From assembly GCA_013265495.1 (NCBI GenBank), contig MU058418.1, forward strand, positions 1,202,917 through 1,266,916: a stretch of DNA of 64,000 bases. The letters run 5' to 3'. Below are positions 24,908 to 38,791 of the stretch, one piece after another. Position 1 is the first letter of the stretch; every line of letters begins with the position of its first letter. This stretch comes from Vicugna vicugna (taxonomy: Eukaryota). The position numbers and the translations under genes were made by a program. Below the pieces are notes generated by a model. It made no database searches, was not told where the DNA came from, and saw only the letters and a list, made by a program, of their open reading frames with translations.

Positions 24908-27769
24908 GAAGGACTGTAGGTTTTCTGTTGGAGTTTTAGTTGCCCTGAGTAGTACTGATTTTATTGTCTTTAGTCTGAAAGATGTAAAAATGAGTAACAT
25001 GCCTTTTTTCCCCTTCTTCCAAGTGTTAGGTACTTCTAGAAACTGACTGCTTCTGTTCACTTGTACAATGCCTTCAGGTCCCCAGTTTTTGTATTTTGTC
25101 CAGAATTTATAGCTCCTATCAGCAGGAGAGTCAGCTTGGTGGAGCTTAGCTGACCCTACTGAAAGTATAATTCTTCCCCCTGTTCTCATAGAACACACCC
25201 TCTAGTATCTTCCTGAGAGGCTGCATGGGAAATATGTTTTTTGAGGGCTCACCTGTCTGAAAATGTCCTTATTTTGCTTGACTAATAGCTTGACTGGGCA
25301 TGGACAGTTTGAAATAATGTTACCTTAGAAACTTTTAGAAACTATACCATCATCTTCACATTCCATTACTGCTGTTATGAAGTTTGATGTGAATGTTTCT
25401 TGACTTTTTTATATTTGACCTGTTTTTCTCTTTTGAAGATTTTAGGATATTCTTTCTTTATTCCTAGTTTCCTGAAATTTCATGATAATGTGCCTTAGAA
25501 TGGAGCTTCCCCATTCTTTGTACTGGGTATTCATTGGATTTTTTCAGTTTAGAAAATCGTGTCTTTCAGTTCTAGGAAATTTTTCTTTTTTCTTTGACTC
25601 TTTGATTTTTTTTTCCCCTTTATAGTCTTAGAGCTCCTTCTGGTTAGCTATTGAACCTTCTGGATTTATCTTCTAATTCTTTTATCTTCTATTTTCCATC
25701 CTTTTGTCTTTCTGCTCTGTCTTCTGAAAGATTGCTTCAACCTTTTTTCCTTAATTTTTTCTTTAGGAGTCATATTTAGAGCTCTTTCTTATGCTCAAAT
25801 TGTCCTTTTGGTTTACAGCATTTATGCAGTGCAATATGCGACATATTAGAGTGGGTTTTTTTTCCTTTTTTGTTCTCTGTATTTTTCTTTTTCCTTCCTC
25901 TGAGATCCTATCCTCTTTATTGTGGTCTTTATCTCTTATCATAGAGGATATCCTTAAATGCCTAGATATACTTGTTGTCCATTCACAGTTAAGAATGAAG
26001 TATTAAAAAGCTGATTAGAAGTTCTATGTAAATAGATAGGGTTTTATTGTTTGGTGGGCTTCGCTGGAGGGTGATAAAGTGGCAGGTCAGGTTTTCTATT
26101 GAAGAACCCCCAAATGTGAGTATCTGCAAGTCTTTTTTTTTTTTTTTTTGGCTATTCAGTTTCCTCCAATCTTTCAGTCTACTTCCTGGAATGGAAACTT
26201 CCTGGACTGCTAGGACTATGGATGCTAAAGAGGTAAAGACTGTTGGTTTCACTGTTGACTTTGTAGAATTGTGGTATGGTGTCTCTCACCCTTTCTTCAC
26301 TGTTCAAACTGTCCCATACAGTAAACAGCAGTTTCAGCTGGAGCAGAAGAGTTACAGGAATCTGGCTGTCCAGGTAAAGGGAGGGAATCTAAGGAACTGC
26401 CTTTGTCTTATTTTCAAGCAATGCCCCTGTTTCCAACCTGACCCCTCACTTGTATCTTTGAGTATATCTAGTAGGACCAAACCTTTGGAGAGTTTTTGGT
26501 GAGAATCGGCTTGCTTCATCTTGGCTCAGCACCCTACCTCCCACCTTCTGATTTCTTAATCTACTAAGGCCCTGCTCATCCAGCTAAGGAAACCAATGCC
26601 AGTCTTTTCTTATTCCAGGCTTCCCTAATCTTTCCAAGTGATTCTCTTAGAGATCTCTTTCCCCCATCACTTGTTTGGTGGGGAGGGTAAATCACTCTCT
26701 TCTTTCCTGAAAGAAAGGGAGGGAAGAGGCTCTTACCACAAATACTGGACACAAAAGCCAGTGACTCCTGATCCCCCTTTCCCCCTTATAAAGACACTGT
26801 GGTGTGAGGAATAGGAGGGGATGGTGAAGGAAGGGTGGCATTTGAAGTAGGGCCAGTCCTCCTCATTATTTAAGCACAGGGGCAGGAGTCTGGATCCAGT
26901 TTATTGGTGGCTCATTGGTGGTTCTCTTTAGAAACTTGGGGATACTTAGCAGTTCTGGTCATCAACCTTGAGCCTTAATTACAATTCCAGGACAAGAAGA
27001 AAAAATTGCACACAAAAACTGCATAATATTCCATTGTTTGGATGTATCTAGATGTACTTCAAATTCCCCATTGTTGGACATTTAGGTTCTTTTTCATTGT
27101 TCTTGTGTAAGCAGTGTCAACAGTGAACATCCTTGTAGTTGTTACCATTATTTCCATAGGTGAAATCCCTGAGTGGAATAGCTAGGTGATATGCATGTTT
27201 TTAATGCTTTTATTACATATTATCTGGTTTCCCTGAAATCTTGAACCAGTTTTATATTCCTCCCAATAGTGCTTAAGAGGAACCTTTTCCTCCTTACCAA
27301 GGCTTACTCCAGGTATTTTATCTTTTTTCTTACCTTTGCCCATTGAGTTAAAAAAAATGGCCTCTCATGATTTTACTTTGCATTTTTATCACTAGTAGGA
27401 ATGAATCACTACATATACGTCTTATGCATTGAGCAATTTTTTTAATGCAATTTGCCTGTTAGATCCTTTGACAGTTTTTCAGTTGGGATGCTCAATTTTT
27501 TTATCTGCTGGAGTTTGTAATACATTGATAATATTAATTATATACCATAAATATTGCCACGATGTTTTCCAGTTTGAGATGCCTGTATAATTTATTTATA
27601 ATACTTTGTTATACAGAAAATTTACATTTTTATGTATTCAGATCCTAGATAAATGACTTAATTCTTTAAGTTTTCTCTTCAGTAAAAATGTGATAACATA
27701 CACTACATGGTAAGATGGGGTGGTATAGGTAAATTAACTGCTGCATAATAGTTATGCAACAAATGTAGC

Positions 27770-28288
27770 TTTTTAAATTGAAGTATAGTTGATTTAGAAT
27801 ATTGTGTTAGTTTCATGTGTACAGCAAAGTGATTCAGTTTTATATATACACATTTTTTTCAGATTATTTTCCATTATAGATTATTACAAAGTATTGAATA
27901 TAGTTCCCTGTGCTATACAGTAAATCCTTATTTCTTATCTATTTTATGTTTAGTGGTTTGTATCTGTTAATCCCATACTCCTAATTTATCCCTCCTCCCT
28001 TTTCCCCTTTGTTAACCATAAATTTATTTTCTGTGAGTCATTTTTGTTTTGTATATAAATTCATTTGTATTATTTTTTTTAGATTCCACATATAAGTGAT
28101 ATATAATATCTGTCTATCTCTATCTGACTTACTTCAATTAGTATGATATTCTCTTGGTCCATCCATGTTGCTACAAATGACAATATCTCATTCTTTTTTT
28201 GTGGCTGAGTAATATTCCATTATATGTACACCACATCTTAAACCCATTGTCTGATGATGGGCACTTGGGTTGTTTCCATGTCTTTGCT
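27770..28288 (-). mobile_element. 5'-truncated L1 3' end
   Basis: aattgaagtatagttgattt...ccatccatgttgctacaaatg...gggttgtttccatgtc, flanked by caaatg(a)tagctttt near-duplicates. Confidence 0.8.
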
Positions 28289-29134
28289 CAAATGATAGCT
28301 TTTGTTATTTCCTGTATGACACACTGAAAAAGTTCAGAATCATCAAGATTTTTTATCAGAATTATAAAACATACTCTAAAATATTTAAACCAGATATGAA
28401 CCAGAATCATAAGTAAAATTCTGAATTTTTCAGGCTAATATAGACAGGTAAGTTTTAACTTCTCTTTTTACTTTTCTAATTCTTACCCTAAAAAAAATTA
28501 ATGAGCTCTGATTGGTGTGTCCTTTTAAGTAGGGAAATCTAAAGTCTGAGTCGAATGTGAGAAGACTAGTGTTCTCTTGTAAGTTATTTGTTAAGGGATT
28601 ATAATATATTCATTTTTCATAAGGATTACTTTCATATCATCCTTATTTATTTTATATAAATATAGATACATCTGATACAATCAAAACCACACACTAGCCC
28701 CTCCTGCTTTTAAGACAATATGAAGAAAAGTTTCCTGTCCCCCAGCAGGTCATTAGAACTTACTCCCTGAGGCCAAGTGCAAGTTGGCTTAGATGGATAA
28801 TAGTCTATTCAGTTTGAGTTACATAAGCTGCTTTTATGAATATTTATTTTTAGGCCACTTTACACCAATAATTTTTTTTATTTTGCATGTTGTAACTTCT
28901 GAATAACTTTTTATGATAATGTACTAGAATTCTTATAAGATATAATTGTAATAAAAATAGTTGTATAATTCTACCCATAATTTTACTATAAGTGAAATCA
29001 CACATAGTAATTTCATAGATGGCATAATGTGGCCTGACTAAAGTCTAGTGAGCCATATTTTAGTATTATAGTATATTTGAGCACAGAATAAAACAGAAAT
29101 CACCACTGAGGAAGTTTGTAAGCAATTGTTTTTT

Positions 29135-30181
<1,047 letters not shown>

Positions 30182-31800
30182 TTATTTTTCAGAATTCTCC
30201 CCCTCTATTTGGTCACATACCTAACCTAAGGATAGGTTGACTTTCTGAAAGCCAGCAGATGCCCTGGGTGGCTGACATTGCTCTCTTTTTTCTGTATCTC
30301 TTAAAAAGTAGCTCACTTCTCCATCAGTTGGGCGTGTTTACCTTGCTGTTGCAAGTAGGAGATGGTTCCAAATGAATTCCTAAGAATAATGTTGACAAAG
30401 CCATCTAAACATACATGTGCTTGGCGTGGGCATTGGCTTATGTGATTTCTTTGTACTTTTAAAATTGTTTATTGTCTCTATAATCACTTTCTGTTGTGTC
30501 ATTTTATTGTTTTAATATGGCTCTATACAAATATCATACAAGGCTTTATATAAGTCAAATAGCATTCTCCCTCAAAGTTAACCCATTGCAAAATGATGTT
30601 TTTAAGATCCTTGAGGTAGATCCTTGGAATGTGACAATTCTAAATCCTTCCTAATGACTGTGTGTTTTGTTGCATTTTAAAAGTATTTGCTGTAGAATAG
30701 TTGAAGAATTAGGTGCTTATGTGTTAAATGCCTGCCACCTGATAATTATCTCAAGGGAGATATTATTTTGGTTTACTCTAAGCTTAATCTAAAGAAAAAT
30801 AATTTGTTGTATTAGTTTTCAATAAGACTTTATTAAGATGGATGTCCAGAATTGAGTTTAATTGCTTCCACACCTAGATAAGAGTGATCTGTGTGTCAAA
30901 ATTAAGCATATTGGCAGGTCATCCTTTATAAGTTTTGTATGTAGAGTTGAAGTAAACTTGTATTTTCACTTGAAGGTTTTTTTTTTAAACAGCATTTATT
31001 TCTTCTGCCAGTTATTTTATTTTATTGACTGTTAATTTATCAACCCTTCTTAAAAAAAAAGTGAGAAGAAAAAAGGCCATAGTATTATCACATTTATATA
31101 TGTGGGTTTCCTAAACCATATGGTGTTTTCTAATTAGAATACAAAGGATTCTTTAACTAACTTTGTAGCAGCTGCAGTAGTGGGCATCAGAGAAGGAGGG
31201 AGTTTTCTTGGATTTCCTACAAGGACACTTTTGAGAGAAACTGTGTGGTCTGTAATTGTCCTTATACTAGAAGTCTGATAAAGTTATTGATGTGCAGATC
31301 AAGTTGGTATTTCGAAGCTGGTAATTTAATTCTGGATGTTTGATCCTCTCAGTCAGTGGCTTGACTTGATTTTTTTAAAAAGCAGCTTCAATATTTAATT
31401 TCACATGTACCCTCTCAGTAGAGATTTCAAAGGATACTTTGCGGGATGGGTTGACTGCTTTGTCTATTTGTTCTTGTTTTGTATTGCAAGAGAGAGCCAG
31501 AAGCCTTTCTTCTCATTGTGTACACATAGTATTAATGGATTTACTCTGCCTGTATCGGCTCATTACTGGAAACAGCCAGAAGCACAGAAGTCTTTCAGTG
31601 TATGCAAATAAGGCAGAATCATCTACCTGAGAGTTAATATTCTCTGCTTTTAAGTGTATTCTAAATCTAATGTTTGTATTTAGAGCATAACATCCTGTTC
31701 TTTTTTTTTTATGGGCAAAAAGCTAAGCAGGCTCAGGCAGCTGTTTGATGTTGGCTTCAAGTGTTATTAATTTCATATTCTATTATTCTTTTCACTGTAG

Positions 31801-31871
31801 CACAAGTGAAGCTGATGTGGAGGCTGTCATGGATAAGTTGTTTGATGAGCTGGCTCAGAAACAAAATGATT
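31801..31871 (+). CDS. AFG1L: AFG1L internal coding exon, (L)TSEADVEAVMDKLFDELAQKQND(L)
   Basis: Pyrimidine tract and ctgtag acceptor ending at 31800, donor gtacgt at 31872. The 71-nt exon is in frame with both neighbouring exons. Confidence 0.95.
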
Positions 31872-32127
31872 GTACGTAAGTTAATTTCTCTTGAAAGAGA
31901 ATACATTTAGAACACAATGCCCAATCTCCACTGACCAATTAATAAGTTCCATTGCTGTATATGGGTTGATGCCACGCTCAAGTGGCAGTCATTGTATCAG
32001 CATTTTGTCTAATTTATGTGTTGAATCATGTGCTATTATTCATCAAGCTATGCATTTCCTATCTGTAAGAGATGAATTTTATAGTAATTATCCAGACAAG
32101 ATTGAGTCTTTGTTCATGTTCCCATAG

Positions 32128-32228
32128 TAACTAGACCAAGGATTCTAAAAGTGCAAGGCAGAGAGCTGCGGCTGAATAAAGCCTGTGGAACCATTGCCGA
32201 CTGCACATTTGAAGAGCTATGTGAGAGA
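32128..32228 (+). CDS. AFG1L: AFG1L internal coding exon, (L)TRPRILKVQGRELRLNKACGTIADCTFEELCER
   Basis: Acceptor cccatag ending at 32127, donor gtaagt at 32229. The 101-nt exon continues the AFG1L peptide. I did not find the next exon (expected to begin PLGASDY...) in the window. Confidence 0.95.
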
Positions 32229-34178
32229 GTAAGTATCCAGACACATCCAGACTCATTGGCCTTTTCACATGTTAAAATACTTCACATTTTCCTCTGTGCC
32301 TATTTCAGATCTTAAAATACTATTCATAGAGTCAGAACTGATTTAAAGAACTCATTAAGATAAATGCTCATCTGTATATGCCATGTGCTTTTTATAGATA
32401 TTGGCACAAAATTTACACTTTGAAGGGTTCTAAGGCAAAATTAGAAATACAGAGAGCACTGTCAACTATTGCTGGAAGCAAAACTAAAATCCACTTTTGG
32501 GATTATTTTGTAAAAGTCAAACATAAGAAAATTTTTAAAAAAAATTGAAGTGAGCTTAGTATGTGGGGAAGGGAAGGTGAAGTATTACTACCATGATCCA
32601 AGGAAGTATGACATAAAAGAATTTCCACTCCTTATTCTCATGGCCCATCTGTTATTGCTGTGATATCTGATGTATATGAGCCAGAGTCAAAGAAAGTAAA
32701 TTTCTATAACTGTTACGTCTGTATTATATAATAAATATATTCAACAGAGGAAAAAAATATACACACATGTTTATATAAATGAGAAAGACCTTGATTACAG
32801 CTTCATTAAAGATACGAATTTTATCTTTTAAAAGCTCTGGGAATTTCTCAGTATTCATGGGGTATTCAGTTGACGATAAATCTTGAGAAAAACAAATCCA
32901 AATTACATATAACTTTAAGTATAATTCCTCAATTGTCATGTATAAATTATCATTCCAACTGGTCTCTCTGATTTATCTTGACTTTTAGGTAGCTAAAAAA
33001 GAATTGTTTTTCAGTAAGGAGGAAGAGAAAAGTATTTTTAACTGCCAGCCATTTTATGAGTACTTTTCTTAAAATCTAGTGACTTCATTACTTCTAAATT
33101 TGTAATTTTTAAAGCACATGGCATACCAGAGGGATGAATCCAATCTACAATTGTTATCATAGAAATAAAGCAGTTCTAGACCAAGAAGAATTAGAATGAA
33201 TTAGAATCCTGTGACAAAGTGATGATATCAGTCTCTGGTTGTAAAAGTCATTCTGTGTGATGTGGACCCTTCACGCTTCTATGGATCAATCTCATCTAAG
33301 TCCTACTAACTTAATTATCTTCAGGTGTAATTTTATTAAGGCTTCCGTTAAGTTTTGCTTGCTTTGCCAGAGAAATAAGCTTGAGAAAAATCTATATATC
33401 TGAGAAGCTCCTCCCCCTTCCACAGAAGAGAGCCTAGTGAGGAAAGGGAAGAGACAGGCCTGTTGTGTCTTGGGGTAGTAAGGCAAAGATGGTCTCTTGG
33501 AGTAGCTACTGAGTATTTTTCTGTTTATCTCTATTTTTTATGTGCTCATTATTTTAGGAGACTTAGTACCAGGAAAAAACTGCTAATCAGGGACCAAGTC
33601 TTCATGGTCTATATGGGGGTGGTAAGGAAAAAGACTGATTGAGACTTTATCTTGAAAAATGAAGATAACACATAAAAATAAGGCATTTTATCTAATTTGA
33701 CAAAAATATGGATTATGATAGCAACTAGGAACTAAGTTCCTAAAATAAACAATGAACAATTACTATTTATTTTTGGCATAACTTTCTTGACAAAATTTTA
33801 GGGTGGTAAAATAGTACATCTTGTTACTTCATGATTTCGTTGTTTAGTTACGTGAAAAATCGTATAAAATATTTTATAAAAATATTTGAAGATATCATTT
33901 GTTCTTTTCAAAGTCCTCTTTTAATTTATTAGTATTTCAATTACTTTCTTTTAAAGTTTTTCTGGTGTCATTTCCTTGTTGATTTTGCTCTTCTTCAAGT
34001 TGCCAGATCCTCATTTGTCAGTGGCTTTGCATAGATGGGTTTGCTTTTTATCCATATTGTAATTGTAGGTTGTTTACTACATCAGATGAGCATTGGATGA
34101 TGGGCATTTAAACATTGACATGTTGGGTTGGATTAAGTCTTAGTCTTAAACTGTGACAGATGTTTGAGGAAGGGTTAC

Positions 34179-37100
34179 TTTTTTAAAATTGAAGTATAAT
34201 TGGCCTATAACATTATATTAGTTAGAAGTATACAACATAATGATTCAATATTTGTATACATCACAAAATGATCACCACAATAAATCTGGTTAATATGTCA
34301 CCTTATATAGTTAAAAAAATTTTTTTCGTGGATGTCAGCAATTTTCAAATAGTCAGTACAGTATTATTTATTATATCTACCATGATATACATTACATCCT
34401 CATGACATTTATTTTACAACTGAAAGTTTGTACCTTTTGACCCCTTTGACCCGTTTCTCCCACTCCCTACTCCAGCTTCTGGTAACCACGAATCTGCTCT
34501 CTGTATGTATGAACTTAGTTTTTTTGTTTTTAGTTTTTTTTAGATTCCACATCTAAGTGAGATCATACAGTATTTGTCTTTCTGTCTTTGACTTATTTCA
34601 CTTAGCATAATGCCTTCAAGGTCCATCCATGTTGTTGCAAATGGCAAGATTTCATTCTTTTTTATGACTGAATAATATTCCAGTGTATAGATACGCCACA
34701 TTTTCTTTCATTCATTGATGGACACTTAGGTTGTTTCCGTATTTTGGCTATTATAAATAATGCTGCAGTGAACATGTGGTACATATGTCTTTTCAAGTCA
34801 GTGTTTTTGTTTTTTTCAGATGAATACTCAGTAATGGAATTGCTTGATCATGTGGTAGTTCTAATTTTAATTTTTTGAGGAACCGCTGTACTGTTTTCCA
34901 TAGTGTCTGTACCGGATTACATTCCTACCAGCAGTGCGCAAGGGTTCCATTTTCTCCACATCCCCACCAGCACTTGTTATTTCTTATCTTTGAGAACAGT
35001 CATTCCCACTGACGTGATGTGGTATCTCATTGTGGATTTGAATGACATTTCCCTGAGGATTAGTGATGTTGAACATCTCTTCATGTACCTGTTGGCTATC
35101 TGTATGTTTTCTTTGGAAGAATATCTATTCAGATCATCTGACCATTTTAAAATTGATATTTTTTGCTGTTAAATTGTAAGAATTATTCATATATTTTGGA
35201 TATTAACCTCTTATCAGATATATGATTTGGAAATATTTTCTCCCATTAAGTAGGTTGCCTTTAAATTTTGTTTATGGTTTCCTTTGCTGTACAAAAGCTT
35301 TTTAGTCTAATGTAGTCCCACTTTATTTTTGCTTTTGTTGCTTTTGCTTATGGTGTCAGATTTAACAAATCATCACCAAGGCCTAGGTCAAGGAGCTTCC
35401 TGCCCATGTTTTCTTTTGAAGAGTTTTGTGGTTTTATTTCTTACATTCAATTTTTTAGTGCATTTTGAGTTAATTTTTGTGTATGGTGTAAGATAGTGAT
35501 CAAGTTTCATTCTTTTGCATGACTGTCTAGTTTTCACAACACCACTTATTGAGGAGATTGTCTTTTCCCCATTGTATATTCTTGGCTCATTGTTCTAAAT
35601 TACCATATATGTATGGGTCTGTTTTTATGCCAGTACCATACTATTTTGGTTGCCATAGCTCTGTAGAAACACAACAGATTTTTGTATATTGGTTTTATAT
35701 TCTGCGACTTTACTGAATTCTTTTGATTACTTCTGACAGTTTTTTGGTGGAGTCTTTATGGTATCCCATATATAATATCATGTCATCTGCAAACAGTGAC
35801 AGTTTTACTTCTTCCCTTTGAATTTGTATGCCTTTTTTAAAAACATTTTTTATTGATTTATAATCATTTTACAATGTTGTGTCAAATTCCAGTGTACAGC
35901 ACAATTTTTCAATTATACATGAACATATATATATTCATTGTCACTTTTTTTCTCTGTGAGCTACCATAAGATCTTGTATATACTTCCCTGTGCTATACAG
36001 TATAATCTTGTTTATCTATTCTATAGTTTTGAAATCCCAGTATGTCCCTTACCACCCCCTGCCCCTTTGGCAACCACAAGTTTGTATTCTATGTCTATGA
36101 GTCTATTTCTGTTTTGTATTTATGCTTTGTTTGTTTGTTTTGTTTGTTTGTTTTTTTAGATTCCACATATGAGCAATCTCATATGGTATTTTTCTCATAT
36201 GGTATTTTTTAATTTCTTTTTCTTGCCTAATTACTCTGGCTAGAACTGCCAATACTATATTGAATGAAAGTGGTGATAGTGGGTATCTTTTTCTTGTTCT
36301 TGGTCTGAGAGGAAAAGCTTTCAGGTTTTCACCATTGAGTATAATATTAGCTATAGCTTGTTATGTATGGCCTGTATTATGTTGAGGTATATTACCTCTG
36401 TATCCACTTTGTTGAACATTTTTATCATAAATGAATGTTGAATTTTGTCAAATGCTTTTTCTTCATCTATTGAGATGATCAAATGGTTTTTATCCTTCAT
36501 TTTGTTAATGTGTGTATCACATTGATTTATTTGTGTATGTTGAAACATCCTTGAATCTCTGAAATAAATCTTTTAATATTATGTGTGATCTTTTAATGTA
36601 TTATTTAACTCATTTTGCTGATATTTTGTTGGGGATTTTTGCATCTGTGTTCATCTGGGATATTGACCTATAATTTTCTTTTGTGGCATCCTTGTCTGGT
36701 TTTAGTATCAGGGTAATGCTGGCCTCATAAAATGAATGTGAAAGCATTCCCTCTTCTGTTTTTTGGAAGAGTTTTGAGACATATTGGTATTAATTCTTTG
36801 AATGTTTGGTGAAATTCACCAGTGAAGCTATCTGGTCCTGGACTTTTGTTTGTTTTTGATTATTGATTCAATTTCACTGCTAGATTTTCTGTTTCTTTAT
36901 AATACAACTTTGATAGGTGTATGTTTCTAGGAATTTATCCATATCTTCTAGGTATCAAATTTGTTAGTGTATAATTGTTCATAATAGTCTCTTATGATCC
37001 TTTGTATTTCTGTGATGTCAGTTGTAATGTCACCTCTTTAGTTTCTGATTTTATTTATTTGAATTCTCTTTCTCTTGGTGAGTCTAGCTAAAGGTTCTTA

Positions 37101-37200
37101 AATTTTGTTTATGTGTTTTGAGAACCAGTTCCTAGTTTTATTGATCTTTTCTATTGTCTTTTTAGACTCTATTTATTTCCAGTGTGATCTTTGTTACTTC
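34179..37200 (-). mobile_element. 5'-truncated L1 (ORF2 RT region to 3'UTR) with an apparent internal gap near 35665
   Basis: RT peptide [24 protein letters not shown] (36351-36548). TSD aggaaggg(t/c)tac at 34167-34178 and 37201-37212. Confidence 0.9.
35835..36208 (-). mobile_element. Young lineage-specific L1 3' end nested in the older L1
   Basis: Same 3'UTR as the elements at 49933 and 60736 (gtcaaattccagt, gagctacca, ggcaaccacaagtttgtattctatgtctatgag). Confidence 0.85.
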
Positions 37201-37949
37201 AGGAAGGGCTACATTTTTAAGTGGTCAGTTTATTTGTAACTATTTTTTTGTTATGATGATTTTGTATTTTTGCAGTCTTCTAACTGTGGCAATTCAGTTA
37301 CTGAATACTTTGCATGAAGAAGACTCTTGAAATCATTCTGTTTCAAATGTAGCCTAAAACTCTCAATTAGTTATAATGATGTTATGAGCCAGGCTAAATA
37401 GTTATCACAAACCATTCAGTAAAGAAAAAAACACATCTAACTCAAGGTAAAGAAGCAGGCATCTGGTGTGTCTGAAACAGTCCCAGCTTTGGATCACCTA
37501 TTCTAGTTTTCTGGGGGGCTCTTGAAGCCTGAGACTCACCCAACCCCTCCTCCTGATACTATCATAAAAAAATAACCTTTGGCAAGGAGTGGATGGGTTG
37601 ATAGTCTATAACCACTAGTTTTGAGCCATGGCCCTTTCCAAGGAAAAAATTATATGTATATATTAGGTAGAAACTTATGTATTAGTATCTTAACAGGTAA
37701 AAGAAGGTTTCAACTCTAAGCCCTTCATGTATACCATAAATGAAATTATTAAAAAGGCCTGGGGCATTACCCTCTTCTCACACCTGCCCCCCTCCCAGCT
37801 CCAAGTACAGTTCCTCAGATCTAGAGTCCTCCAGGTTAACATCTAGTCTTTTGATATCTCTGGGATTATCTTTCTCCGAAAGTCTACAATCTAACACTGT
37901 CATGCTTAGAGAAGCAGACTCAATTAGGTGACCCTGTAGCATCTACATG

Positions 37950-38185
37950 ATAATAATAGCAGAGATTACCATGTGTCAGGCGTTGTTCTAATTACTTTAT
38001 ATGTATTAACTCATTTAATAGCTAAAATAGATAGGTACTGTTATTGTCCACATTTTATATTTGGTGAAATTGAGGCATTGAGACGTTAAGTTACTTAAGT
38101 TGACACATCTAGTAAGTGGCAGAACCAGCACTTGAGCTCCTTGGTAGTCTGGGAATCAGATTCTGTGCTCTTAATCACTACACTC
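37950..38185 (-). mobile_element. MIR SINE
   Basis: atgtattaactcatttaat...taggtactgttattgtccacatttta...gaaattgaggc...ctagtaagtggcagaacc. Confidence 0.75.
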
Positions 38186-38791
38186 TATCTGAAAATGTTC
38201 TGGGAAAGTTCCACATCAAATCTTTAGTGTAATTCTGGTTCTACCATGATGTTCAATCAGATACTTTGTGAATTCCTATATCTGAGCTAAGCTTTGAGCC
38301 TTTTATAAGACATAAAGCTGGCTGGGGAACAGACATTCTCGAGTCTGAGGGCCCCTCTCTCTGCTAGAACCTTAGTGCAGAACTGTCCAGTTCATGTGCC
38401 TTGGCATACCCAGTGGGAATGGGCCCAGCTACTAACCCCTCCATCCTCCTAAAGGCTATGTAAGTTCTGTATCTCCAGGATAGGGACCTCAAGCCATAGG
38501 CAGCCTCATACCTTTACTCCTTAATGAAAATATCATTTTCTTTCTCAATCATGATATGAAAAAGGTTGGGAAGCTCCACTTTGAGATACTATAGAAGAGT
38601 AAAGGAGAATATGTTTGGGTGGTCTTTGTTCCTTGTCACATCCTCTATATCAGAGCTGTGGTAAAGAACAGTAAAACAGATTCATTTCTTTGGACATGAC
38701 ATGAACTTTAAGATTTCCTTACCTTACCTTGACATAGTTACTTGGCTTAATCAGAGGATAATGAAGAAGTCATAAATATTGTTACTTAAGT

